A DNA stretch of 64,000 bases from a phage. The stretch lies in sequence record PZ583743.1, one strand, 5' to 3'. The notes under the pieces are model-generated. The model searched no databases. It saw nothing but the letters and a program-made list of their open reading frames with translations, and was not told the origin of the DNA. The position numbers were made by a program, and so were the translations under genes. The stretch's first letter is position 1. Each line of letters opens with the position of its first letter. This document shows positions 20,296 to 31,491 of this stretch, piece by piece.

Positions 20296-21134
20296 TAGAA
20301 TGCTCCTTGAAAAATATTATCACCACTAGTAGGTCTATTATACAAATACTCTATGCCACCAGGTTTAATATAGTTCCATGTCTGAAACGGATGTGTCTGA
20401 TATGGATGATATAGATGATTATAAGGATTTAATCCAGGCGTTCTCCAGGTAGTGTTCCAAGGAAAAGAATCGTTTTTAACCATCTTCTCAATTAAATCTT
20501 TTATAGCTTTTTCACTATCAAAACTTTCTTTATTTTCCTTCGGCGAAAAAAGCTTATTTTCTACATCATTCCATGTATAAACTCGCTGCGCAGTTTTTGG
20601 AATATTGTCACGCTCTCCTCGAGCCATCCAATAAACAGGAACATTTAATATTTCACTCGCATGATCGCAGTGATGAGCGAGATCGTCAATATAACAAATT
20701 ACGTTATATTTCTCTTTTGCCTTTTTGAACAGCTCTTCTTTTGAAGAATCATGACCACACATCATTACTTCCGAGAAAGCACCAGGAAAAAGAGCATTCA
20801 AATTAAATTGACGATTCAACAGAGCGTCAATAGAATCACCCAATGCTGTAACAGCTACAAAATTATAATCTTCTTTTAATTTGTTAATTACACACAGGGC
20901 ATCTTTATACGGAGACAAGTAACGAATAAAATCTGAACGATTGTATTTTTCAATTAACTTGACGCCAAGTTCTTCGTCACAATTAAAGAGTTTACCCGGA
21001 GAAATAAATTTCTCATCTTGGATCATTTTTAAAATATGTTCTAATGGAAGATTATATTTCTGAGCAAAATAAGGAAGGCCTGATTGCCAGCTTAAACATA
21101 CTCCATCAATATCAGTTAAAATAGTTGGCTTCAT
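20295..21134 (-). CDS. HAD-superfamily phosphatase, 5'(3')-deoxyribonucleotidase (NT5C)-like, with a W/Y/P-rich C-terminal extension
   Basis: N-terminal ILTDIDGVCLSW matches the HAD motif I (DxDGV) as in NT5C-family nucleotidases; 279 aa. Confidence 0.7.
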   Translation of the reverse strand: MKPTILTDIDGVCLSWQSGLPYFAQKYNLPLEHILKMIQDEKFISPGKLFNCDEELGVKLIEKYNRSDFIRYLSPYKDALCVINKLKEDYNFVAVTALGDSIDALLNRQFNLNALFPGAFSEVMMCGHDSSKEELFKKAKEKYNVICYIDDLAHHCDHASEILNVPVYWMARGERDNIPKTAQRVYTWNDVENKLFSPKENKESFDSEKAIKDLIEKMVKNDSFPWNTTWRTPGLNPYNHLYHPYQTHPFQTWNYIKPGGIEYLYNRPTSGDNIFQGAF

Positions 21135-21595
21135 AGAGAGTCTCTTAATAGGTTTAACACATCAATAAATTCAGCTTCGGTTAGTATTGTATCATCTTTT
21201 GTTAGACCACTAGCCATGCTGTGCTTCAAAACTTTTCCTTTCGAGGCTTGTAATGCATCACGAAAGCCCCTGTTTTGGATTGCTGCTTCAAAATATGCAT
21301 TTGTGTATAATTCTTTCCATGCTGGAGAGTATCTTGAAAATGGAACTCCAAGCCAAAAGAGGGTCCCACGGTCCTGAGCTCTAGCATAAGACCTTCCAGC
21401 TTGTTGGGCGGCAAGCCCGGACATCCCAAATATACGTCTTTGCTGTTCAACATTTTTCACCTTACATCCTTGGAGGAATCCTTCAAGACCTCCAAATTGG
21501 ATACCATCCATAACGAAAGGCCATTGAGCGAAATTGCTTAATGCACATGATGGCCATCTAAAATTGCTTCTTATCTCTAGCTCAGACATTTTCAA
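21131..21595 (-). CDS. NADAR-family (YbiA-like, DUF1768) protein, putative ADP-ribose-processing hydrolase
   Basis: 154 aa; SNFAQWPFVMDGIQFGGLEGFLQGCKV aligns by eye with the E. coli YbiA core SNFAAWPIKVDGKTWPTSEHYFQAQKF. Confidence 0.7.
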   Translation of the reverse strand: MKMSELEIRSNFRWPSCALSNFAQWPFVMDGIQFGGLEGFLQGCKVKNVEQQRRIFGMSGLAAQQAGRSYARAQDRGTLFWLGVPFSRYSPAWKELYTNAYFEAAIQNRGFRDALQASKGKVLKHSMASGLTKDDTILTEAEFIDVLNLLRDSL

Positions 21596-21788
21596 TACTT
21601 ATAATTTCAACATCAGCCCAATGACCATAGCAAGGAAGACGAAATTCAACTGGCCAGTTAGGGTCCTTTTCTAATATAATAGACTTAACTTGTGGTTCTT
21701 CATGTTCATCGGTATACGGACCTTTATATGTTACTTTATATGTGACCTTAATGTACTGAATTCCAAAAATCTTATTAATTATATTCAT
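21582..21788 (-). CDS. Hypothetical protein (68 aa)
   Basis: ORF in the 30.x accessory block, overlapping-coupled to neighbours. Confidence 0.55.
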   Translation of the reverse strand: MNIINKIFGIQYIKVTYKVTYKGPYTDEHEEPQVKSIILEKDPNWPVEFRLPCYGHWADVEIISIENV

Positions 21789-21982
21789 ACTAATTCCTTT
21801 AATCCATAGATAGGAGATAATTCATCGCCCATACGAAGGTCTTCATTTCCATCTACCCAAGAAACAATATAAGCTTCTTTTATTTGAACGTCTCTCCATT
21901 TAAATGCAGGCAAAACCTTAGAAATTAATCCAGGTATACCGACTCCCTTTAATTCAACAGTTTGACCCAAAAAGAATTTCAT
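21785..21982 (-). CDS. Hypothetical protein (65 aa)
   Basis: ORF in the 30.x accessory block, ATGA coupling. Confidence 0.55.
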   Translation of the reverse strand: MKFFLGQTVELKGVGIPGLISKVLPAFKWRDVQIKEAYIVSWVDGNEDLRMGDELSPIYGLKELV

Positions 21983-22320
21983 TAGAACCTCATCTGAAAT
22001 CCGTGCGATTTAACATTACCACCACCAATGTCAGAAATATTAATTTCACGCGCAATTGAAGGGTCAATGTCAATTTCACGATTAAGTTTAGTGATAGCTA
22101 AAGTATCACGCCCATTTACAGTACGGAACTCTAAAGGGCAGACTACATTAACATAGTTTTTAATCGATTCACTAGTAGGCTGCAAATGAGCAGGAAGGTC
22201 TTTAGGCGCCTTAGAGAAAACCACTTCACAGAAATTTTTGCGGGTATCAAAATAAGTAGTCATAAACATAACATTTTCCTCAGTAAGGGGCCAAAGCCCC
22301 TCATTTATTTTAAATATCAA
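21982..22320 (-). CDS. Hypothetical protein (112 aa)
   Basis: ORF in the 30.x accessory block. Confidence 0.6.
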   Translation of the reverse strand: MIFKINEGLWPLTEENVMFMTTYFDTRKNFCEVVFSKAPKDLPAHLQPTSESIKNYVNVVCPLEFRTVNGRDTLAITKLNREIDIDPSIAREINISDIGGGNVKSHGFQMRF

Positions 22321-22675
22321 ATTCGTTAAGAACTACATCAAAGATTGCTTCAAGATGCTCAGGTTTAGCTCTGTTACTCAGAATATGACGAATCCAAGTT
22401 TTAACCAAAAGCTTGCGATTAACGCCATTCCAGCAAGGATGAGTCCCTAAATCGCGTTCACGGAAATCATCATCCAGAGCGATTTTAAAGTTGGAACCTT
22501 CCATCGTGATTGAAACCGTGATACCGTTTTCAAATCGCATATAAACGTAGTTAGGAGTCATATACTGTTCAATTTCGCATACTGATCCATTTTGATGTTT
22601 CCAAAGGCAGATAGTATCAATAGAACCTGCAATACCGTTAGAAACATATTTACGTTCAAAGTTGATGTAGTTCAT
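22310..22675 (-). CDS. Hypothetical protein (121 aa)
   Basis: ORF in the 30.x accessory block; a GC hairpin (22288-22301) sits in the overlap with the downstream ORF. Confidence 0.6.
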   Translation of the reverse strand: MNYINFERKYVSNGIAGSIDTICLWKHQNGSVCEIEQYMTPNYVYMRFENGITVSITMEGSNFKIALDDDFRERDLGTHPCWNGVNRKLLVKTWIRHILSNRAKPEHLEAIFDVVLNEFDI

Positions 22676-22743
22676 TTTTATTCTCCGAGATGTTTAATTG
22701 CGGTACAGGTATATAATATCATATCCTGTACCAAAGTAAACAA

Positions 22744-23076
22744 TTATTTTACTACTTTCCAGTGCTGCATGTCAAGTTTGCCAACTTTTTTCATCTTCTC
22801 AATTAAGCGTTCTGCACGTTGGCGAGCTGTAACATAATACCATTCACCTAATTCATTTTGTTCAATTTTTCCAACGATTACTGTATTCAATTCATAAATC
22901 CAACCAGTAAAGAAATTATGAACTTGAATTGTAAAGGTGAAATCTGTTCCCATACCTTCTGTTGTTTCTACTTCAATAATATCACCTTCAACTGCCATTA
23001 AGAACCACATAGTTTCATCATATTTACCATTGAAACATTTAGTTTTAATTGTAGCGTTCAGATTAATCGTTTTCAT
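22744..23076 (-). CDS. Hypothetical protein (110 aa)
   Basis: ORF preceded by a candidate early promoter (GTTTAC at 23128-23133, minus strand). Confidence 0.6.
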   Translation of the reverse strand: MKTINLNATIKTKCFNGKYDETMWFLMAVEGDIIEVETTEGMGTDFTFTIQVHNFFTGWIYELNTVIVGKIEQNELGEWYYVTARQRAERLIEKMKKVGKLDMQHWKVVK

Positions 23077-23186
23077 TTTATTCTCCTTTGTTTGTGTAAG
23101 ATAATACTATCACAAAGGAACCACACTGTAAACAACTTTGTGCAATCTTTGGAAAATAAAAAAGGACTCCCGAAGGAGTCCTCAAC

Positions 23187-23363
23187 TTATGCTTTCTGCT
23201 TACCAAAACGAGAAGCATCATCTCGAAGAACCGCACGTGCTCGGCGCATGATCTTCTCAACGGTTTGATTGATACGAGAGTTCGACCCACGCTTGTAGCC
23301 AGCGCGTTTAGAATCACCAACTTTCTTTTCAACTGCTTTCTTTGCTTTAGCTTGTTTTGCCAT
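23187..23363 (-). CDS. Small highly basic protein (MAKQAKAKKAVEKKVGDSKRAGYKRGS…), possible nucleic-acid binder
   Basis: ORF track gives 23187-23405; the internal Met start (MAKQ…) is more plausible, so the start is uncertain. Confidence 0.5.
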   Translation of the reverse strand: MAKQAKAKKAVEKKVGDSKRAGYKRGSNSRINQTVEKIMRRARAVLRDDASRFGKQKA

Positions 23364-23483
23364 TATAAATTCTCTTTTAAATGAAAATGCAGGACTTATT
23401 GGCATTGCCTGCGCAAGCCCTCAAGGGGAACATAGGTTTTTGAATATTTAACGACCAGGATAACCATAAACCCGTCATCATAC

Positions 23484-23732
23484 TTACTTCAGTGTTACCA
23501 CAAAGTGACGAACTGCTTTTCGTGCGGCAGAAGCCAAAGGCTTAGCATATTTAAGTTCATCTTTTTCCTGAAGCTCAGCAGCTAATGCAGTTTGAGCAGG
23601 ATTCAGATGTTTGAAATAACGCAGGATTTCAAGAGCTTCGGCTTCAACATCAATAGATGCGCCATAGTTTTCGTGACCATTATTCCATGCGTTTCGTTGC
23701 AGTTCAAGAGCGTGTTGTAATTGTTTAATCAT
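23484..23732 (-). CDS. rIII: rIII lysis-inhibition accessory protein
   Basis: 82 aa, same length as T4 rIII; located between the 30.x block and gene 31. Confidence 0.85.
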   Translation of the reverse strand: MIKQLQHALELQRNAWNNGHENYGASIDVEAEALEILRYFKHLNPAQTALAAELQEKDELKYAKPLASAARKAVRHFVVTLK

Positions 23733-23879
23733 TTAAAAATTCTCGTTAGAGATTAAAACTCGGTAGTCACGTTCTTCTGAATTTCATCTTCTTTCGACAG
23801 ATCTCTCAGTTGTAGACTACCACGTAGAATTGTTCGGTTAACTTATTATTCCGACACCCAATTCATATTATTATTTATA

Positions 23880-24215
23880 TCACTTATAAAGACACGGAAT
23901 AGCTTTATAGTGACAGGTAACGAATTTTTGTTTAATTTCTTTTGGCTGCTTAAGTCCCAGAGCTACAAAAGGATGCGGAACGTTTCGAATTTGACCAACT
24001 GGAAGAGAAGTCAAATCACCAACTTCGCAGAAACCTTCAGGAACATCAGGACCAACGGAGTGAACTACACACAGTTCAGGAACTTCACCTTGAACACGTT
24101 TACCGATAATAAGTCCTGATTCTGTAACTTCTTCATCACCGGCTTGCGCAGGTTCAGAAACTAAAATAACGTATTCACCGACAGCACGAATTGGTAGCTG
24201 TTGTACTTCAGACAT
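23880..24215 (-). CDS. 31: gp31 co-chaperonin (GroES analogue)
   Basis: 111 aa; recognised as T4 gp31. Confidence 0.92.
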
Positions 24216-24271
24216 TGTTTTTCCTTTTTGTTAACAGACGAATTAATAATAACAAATAATTCTTAAAGCAT

Positions 24272-24580
24272 TTATTTACCAATAAATTGAAGCAAATGCT
24301 CAACTTTCATACCATTAACGGAAATCAATTTGTCAATAGAAAAACCTCGCCATGCACCGAGCTCAACATCAAATACCGGAATCATATCAGTAGATTCTTT
24401 CCGAGTAGATTCAGTCAATTTACCGGTTTGCATAGTTGGCATAAAGTCAGCATCACGAGTGCCTTTCATAGTACGAATAGTACCATCAGACTTTTCAAAA
24501 ACCACGTTTGAAATACCCATGGACAATTTAGTTTTCAAAATTTCACGAATTGCTACTTTCTGTTCAGTTGTCAATTTCAT
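24272..24580 (-). CDS. Hypothetical protein (31.1 position)
   Basis: 102-aa ORF. Confidence 0.6.
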   Translation of the reverse strand: MKLTTEQKVAIREILKTKLSMGISNVVFEKSDGTIRTMKGTRDADFMPTMQTGKLTESTRKESTDMIPVFDVELGAWRGFSIDKLISVNGMKVEHLLQFIGK

Positions 24581-24817
24581 TTATTTACCTATTACAGTTT
24601 TAATATGGGTTGTTCCACGTTCTTTAAGAGTGGAAAGCAATTTTTGGCATTTTTCTAAATCAGATTTCCAACTATACGGTCTATCAATACAAACCCATTC
24701 TGACTTATAATACTGCTTCCATTTAGAGAAAAAATATTTCTTATACTCTACAGCAAATGAAATGTTCTCGTTAGAATAAGAACTAATTGCTGTGAGCTGT
24801 ACCAAACGAAATTTCAT
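24581..24817 (-). CDS. Hypothetical protein (31.2 position)
   Basis: 78-aa ORF, ATGA-coupled to cd. Confidence 0.6.
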   Translation of the reverse strand: MKFRLVQLTAISSYSNENISFAVEYKKYFFSKWKQYYKSEWVCIDRPYSWKSDLEKCQKLLSTLKERGTTHIKTVIGK

Positions 24818-25398
24818 TATTCACCACAGAATTCGTTGATATTTTCCCAATTTAACTTATTTAAGTTTTTCTTAGGAACATTAAACACTTCAATACCCGC
24901 ATTTCGCAGAATATCATCCCAGCCAGGTTTATTTTTATCGTATGTTTCGCAATAAACCAGCTTTTTAATACCAGATTGAGCTATCGCTTTTGCACAATCT
25001 GGGCAAGGAGAAAGTGTTACATACATAGTAGCACCTTCAATTGAAGAACCGTTTCGTGCAGCAAACAAAATCGCATTTAGTTCAGCATGAATTTCATTTT
25101 TAGACGACCATTCAGAGTGAGCACTACGGTGTTCTTTCGCTAAGACAAAACGATCCGTTGAACCAAATGATACACATTCGGGCTTATGACCTTGAATGAT
25201 AGTATGTTTAGGTTTATTCAGCAACCAACCTTGCTCAGCAGCATAATCACAACAGTTCACACCACCTGCAGGTGAACCATTATATCCGGTAGAAATAATA
25301 CGTCCATTCTTTTCAATTACTGCTCCTACCTTCCAGGAGCAACATTTTGATTCTTGTGATACTAAATATGCAATTTGAAGTACTGTACTCGCTTTCAT
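24817..25398 (-). CDS. cd: dCMP deaminase
   Basis: 193 aa; zinc-binding deaminase motifs HAELNA and PCPDCA. Confidence 0.93.
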   Translation of the reverse strand: MKASTVLQIAYLVSQESKCCSWKVGAVIEKNGRIISTGYNGSPAGGVNCCDYAAEQGWLLNKPKHTIIQGHKPECVSFGSTDRFVLAKEHRSAHSEWSSKNEIHAELNAILFAARNGSSIEGATMYVTLSPCPDCAKAIAQSGIKKLVYCETYDKNKPGWDDILRNAGIEVFNVPKKNLNKLNWENINEFCGE

Positions 25399-25733
25399 TT
25401 CATAATCACCAGATAAGCAGATTTAGCAGTTTCAACACGATAAATTTCGTGACGAAGTTTAGTTATACTTTTAATAACAGAACTAATTATATTCTGCCCA
25501 TCTTTAAAGCGGTTTTTCTTATCAATAAAAATTGCGCCAACCATCTTTTTGTGAAGCTCAACTGGATACTTCGTCACAATAATAGCATCATACACAGAAG
25601 GATGAATACTATTCACTAGAGTGTCATTCATTAAAGTTATTCTAATGAACTGTGCTGTTTCAGAATCAAGCGCTCTATGATCGCCAGTATCATTTTCAAG
25701 ACAATTATCAATTATATCAGTTAAATTCATCAT
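25395..25733 (-). CDS. Hypothetical protein (cd.x block, 112 aa)
   Basis: ORF, ATGA coupling. Confidence 0.6.
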   Translation of the reverse strand: MMNLTDIIDNCLENDTGDHRALDSETAQFIRITLMNDTLVNSIHPSVYDAIIVTKYPVELHKKMVGAIFIDKKNRFKDGQNIISSVIKSITKLRHEIYRVETAKSAYLVIMK

Positions 25734-25966
25734 AGTACGCCATACACCCTTTGTGCTTCAACTAATCCATCAAAATCCAGTTTAAGATGTGTTATTTGGT
25801 CACCATCACCTGGATTCACAATTACTAATACTGAACGAGGAGTTTCGGTAATAACACGAACCGACGTTTCAGGAAATCGTTCAGAAACCTTATTTACCAA
25901 TTCTTGAGCAAATAGTTTAACTTTTTCTTGGAATTCTTTAACAGTAATTGGTTTTTCGCTTAGCAT
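25730..25966 (-). CDS. Hypothetical protein (cd.x block, 78 aa)
   Basis: ORF, overlap coupling. Confidence 0.6.
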   Translation of the reverse strand: MLSEKPITVKEFQEKVKLFAQELVNKVSERFPETSVRVITETPRSVLVIVNPGDGDQITHLKLDFDGLVEAQRVYGVL

Positions 25967-26487
25967 GTTGATCCTAGCTCCTTACTTTCAACGTTTTTAA
26001 CTAATTTGACAGAAACTAATTCAGCATCTTGGGTAATCATTACCGGGCCTTCTTCATACTCTTCAAGATATTCTAGAGCTTTCTTTTTAGCTTCTTCCTT
26101 CGTATCAGTTTGAGCATAGATATAAAACATACAACCAGTAATACCTACTACTTTCCACTTAATTTCTTTATCAGTTTTAATTTCAAATTTACTGATAGAG
26201 TCATCTTTTTGAACTTCTTCGAAAAAATAATATTCTGACATATAAGTAATTGAAAATAGCGGGCTATCTTTATAAGATTCGCCCATTACATCAACAGCTT
26301 TATACCAGCAATCGTCAATTTCGCGTTTAATGCTAATAACATTTTTCGCAGGATCTATTTTTACTTTAAATGAATTTTCCCCAATAAACTGAGCAATTCG
26401 TTTATTAGCCCCGCAAGTTTCATTAAAAATATCTTTATATCCAGCTTTAAAGCGATAAACCTTATCTTCTTCAAACCATTCGCTCAT
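25960..26487 (-). CDS. Hypothetical protein (cd.x block, 175 aa)
   Basis: ORF with acidic C-terminal region. Confidence 0.6.
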   Translation of the reverse strand: MSEWFEEDKVYRFKAGYKDIFNETCGANKRIAQFIGENSFKVKIDPAKNVISIKREIDDCWYKAVDVMGESYKDSPLFSITYMSEYYFFEEVQKDDSISKFEIKTDKEIKWKVVGITGCMFYIYAQTDTKEEAKKKALEYLEEYEEGPVMITQDAELVSVKLVKNVESKELGSTC

Positions 26488-26549
26488 TTCAATTTCCTCA
26501 TTTGTTTTGGTAGAGCTATAATATCACAACTCTACCTTAAAGTAAACTA

Positions 26550-26825
26550 TTAAATTGCTTTGAATTCTGATGTCTGCGATTCAAAGCGAATATCGCCTTT
26601 GATGACTAGCTCAGCATCAAGACCGAACACGACAATGATATGCGCGGAGCCTGGATACAGCGTAATGGCGATAGAATCAACCTGGTCTGGAAGCAAAGTG
26701 TTCAATACATGAGTCACTTGAGCATGAATTCGAAGCTCAGCTGCGTTATCAAGCTTTTCAAACATATTATTAGCGATAATTTGGCTAAACACTACTTCTA
26801 CGATTTTAGAATAAGTCGGAAACAT
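26550..26825 (-). CDS. Hypothetical protein (cd.x block, 91 aa)
   Basis: ORF. Confidence 0.55.
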   Translation of the reverse strand: MFPTYSKIVEVVFSQIIANNMFEKLDNAAELRIHAQVTHVLNTLLPDQVDSIAITLYPGSAHIIVVFGLDAELVIKGDIRFESQTSEFKAI

Positions 26826-26827
26826 AT

Positions 26828-27028
26828 TTACCTCACATAATTTTCTTCAAGCCAATCAATAACATCCAACGCATTATCAAAAGTTGAACCATCTACTTTG
26901 TCTTCTGTTTCATAATCAAGAACATCTAAACCTACTCTTCCATCAACAATAGGCCATAAACAAAATAGATATTTCTTTTCTTTTTCAATCTTATCGCAAA
27001 GACGATAAATCTTTTCTATGTTATTCAT
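26828..27028 (-). CDS. Hypothetical protein (cd.x block, 66 aa)
   Basis: ORF. Confidence 0.55.
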   Translation of the reverse strand: MNNIEKIYRLCDKIEKEKKYLFCLWPIVDGRVGLDVLDYETEDKVDGSTFDNALDVIDWLEENYVR

Positions 27029-27217
27029 AAGTTTTCCATGGTAAAGGCAGTTTAGTTTTCTTTACTGTTAGTTCAACATCAGGATTCTTTTCTCTTAATT
27101 TAAGACATTCCTCCCAAGCCCTAATTTCACTAGTGAATACACAAAATTGCCCATTACTAGTACCAACTAAACCGCTATTTACAATAACAATAGCCCAAGT
27201 TTCATGATGCAAAGCCA

Positions 27218-27218
<1 letters not shown>
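27021..27218 (-). CDS. Hypothetical protein (65 aa) immediately upstream of pseT
   Basis: ORF, ATGA-coupled to pseT. Confidence 0.55.
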
Positions 27219-28439
<1,221 letters not shown>

Positions 28440-28443
<4 letters not shown>

Positions 28444-28670
28444 TTATTTTTCTCAACCAATGATTGAATATAATCATGCAGATCTTTAGATGCTTTACCC
28501 CATTTATTTTGGTATTCATTTTTAAGATTAGCCCGAGATTGAGCTAATAAAACATCATTAGTTGGAGGTAAAGATTCTAATCGTTGAATCTGACGTCCAT
28601 AAATCATTGCAGCCATCTCTGATTCATAAATCAATCCTTTGAGATGTTCAAATTGATGCCATGAAATCAT
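28440..28670 (-). CDS. Hypothetical protein (76 aa)
   Basis: ORF, overlap-coupled. Confidence 0.55.
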
Positions 28671-28966
28671 TTACATTTATCCTCTTTTAGCTCTTGACGA
28701 TAATAACATATCATAGTTTTTTGGTCATGTACATATCGTTTTACATCATTAAGCCAAATACGAAATTCCTGGGAATCTTCAAATAGCATACCGACCCAAG
28801 CTTTACCATCAATAACTTTAACTTGCCAAGATAGTTTAGCTTCATCATATGACTTTATTTGCACAGGCCAATTAGGATGAACTGTTTCTTTCTTTACTTC
28901 TAGAGGCTTTGTCGAACAACCAACTAGAAGACCAATAGATAATATTACTGCTGATAGTTTAATCAT
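28667..28966 (-). CDS. Outer-membrane lipoprotein, o-spanin (Rz1-like)
   Basis: Signal peptide plus lipobox (LLVGC|S); C-terminal cysteines; adjacent to the i-spanin. Confidence 0.7.
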   Translation of the reverse strand: MIKLSAVILSIGLLVGCSTKPLEVKKETVHPNWPVQIKSYDEAKLSWQVKVIDGKAWVGMLFEDSQEFRIWLNDVKRYVHDQKTMICYYRQELKEDKCK

Positions 28967-29316
28967 TTAGAAAGGTCCTGGATGTCTTCTGCGAACTTGT
29001 TGAAGGAGTTGTTGATTTGTTTTTCAACCAATCCTGGCTTATGAGCCACCACATCCGCCTTCTTTGCATCTTTGCGCAGTTTTTCATTTTCACGCTCAAT
29101 AGCAGCAATTGCCTCACGATTTTTATTATTCATCGCATCAATATAATTATACTGAATTCGCAAATTATCTAATGCTAAAGCGTTTTCATTGGCCGTTTTT
29201 GTAATTTCAGTAACCGATGTTTCTAATCTTTCTACCTTATTTTTTAAAATAATAGATGTTCCGCCAAATGCTATTACAAGTAATAGCAATCCAGCTGTAA
29301 AATTACTTACATGCAT
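28963..29316 (-). CDS. i-spanin (Rz-like): N-terminal TM anchor plus periplasmic coiled coil
   Basis: N-terminal hydrophobic helix LLLLVIAFGGTSIIL followed by a charged heptad-like region; ATGA-coupled to the o-spanin. Confidence 0.7.
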   Translation of the reverse strand: MHVSNFTAGLLLLVIAFGGTSIILKNKVERLETSVTEITKTANENALALDNLRIQYNYIDAMNNKNREAIAAIERENEKLRKDAKKADVVAHKPGLVEKQINNSFNKFAEDIQDLSK

Positions 29317-29810
29317 AAAGTTTTAATAACCTCTACAATATCGTCTTGAGAAAGACCGTTAATTAAAATATGATGTTCAGCTGGAGATTTAGAAATTTTA
29401 AAGCATGCCTCAACATCTTCTGCCATATCCGATGCGCTACGATTTGGATTGCTAATTCCAAGACGATGTTTTCCCGTCAAAGGATTAACGATGATGTAGC
29501 ATTTACAGCTATTAATGTGAACATTAGGTTGAGTCTGATTAATGAATACTTCGCAATCATATTTCGCAAGCTGATTTTCTAAAAAGACTTTCATCTCCTC
29601 AACCGCATCAGGAAGCATATCACGGGCTTGCTCAAGACGACGATTTCGATATTCTTTAATAGTCGTTTTCCGCTTGACTTGCTTAGCTAAATCTTTCTTA
29701 AGATCGGTGATATATCCAACTCGACGATTTCCTTTAAATACAGAAATCCCATCTGTAGTATCACCATATGCTTCAACGACCATTTCAGTAGTAATAAGCT
29801 GTAAATCCAT
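29307..29810 (-). CDS. alc: Alc, host transcription shutoff on cytosine-containing DNA
   Basis: 167/168 aa; T4 alc length and position between the spanins and rnlA. Confidence 0.85.
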   Translation of the reverse strand: MDLQLITTEMVVEAYGDTTDGISVFKGNRRVGYITDLKKDLAKQVKRKTTIKEYRNRRLEQARDMLPDAVEEMKVFLENQLAKYDCEVFINQTQPNVHINSCKCYIIVNPLTGKHRLGISNPNRSASDMAEDVEACFKISKSPAEHHILINGLSQDDIVEVIKTLCM

Positions 29811-29841
29811 CATAAAGCCCTCATGTTATGTCAGTAAGTCT

Positions 29842-29871
29842 ACTATAACACAACACGAGGGACTTGTAAAC
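29842..29871 (-). promoter_or_regulatory. T4-type early promoter for alc (GTTTAC, 18 nt, TATAGT)
   Basis: Near-identical to the promoter at 14148-14177, including the 5'UTR sequence CUGACAUAACAUGAGG. Confidence 0.55.
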
Positions 29872-29873
29872 AG

Positions 29874-31461
<1,588 letters not shown>

Positions 31462-31491
31462 AATAAAATGGGCCTTGCGGCCCACTCCTTA
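31462..31491 (-). promoter_or_regulatory. Hairpin-split translation initiation region of denA (SD, GC hairpin, AUG)
   Basis: Minus strand reads UAAGGAG-UGGGCCGCAAGGCCCA-UUUUAUU-AUG: the Shine-Dalgarno overlaps the nrdB stop and is 23 nt from the AUG, bridged by a 6-bp GC stem. Confidence 0.5.

Noticed and set aside
23364-23405. N-terminal 14-codon extension of the small basic ORF
   Set aside because: The downstream Met (MAKQAKAKK…) gives a more plausible start; the extension is probably untranslated leader
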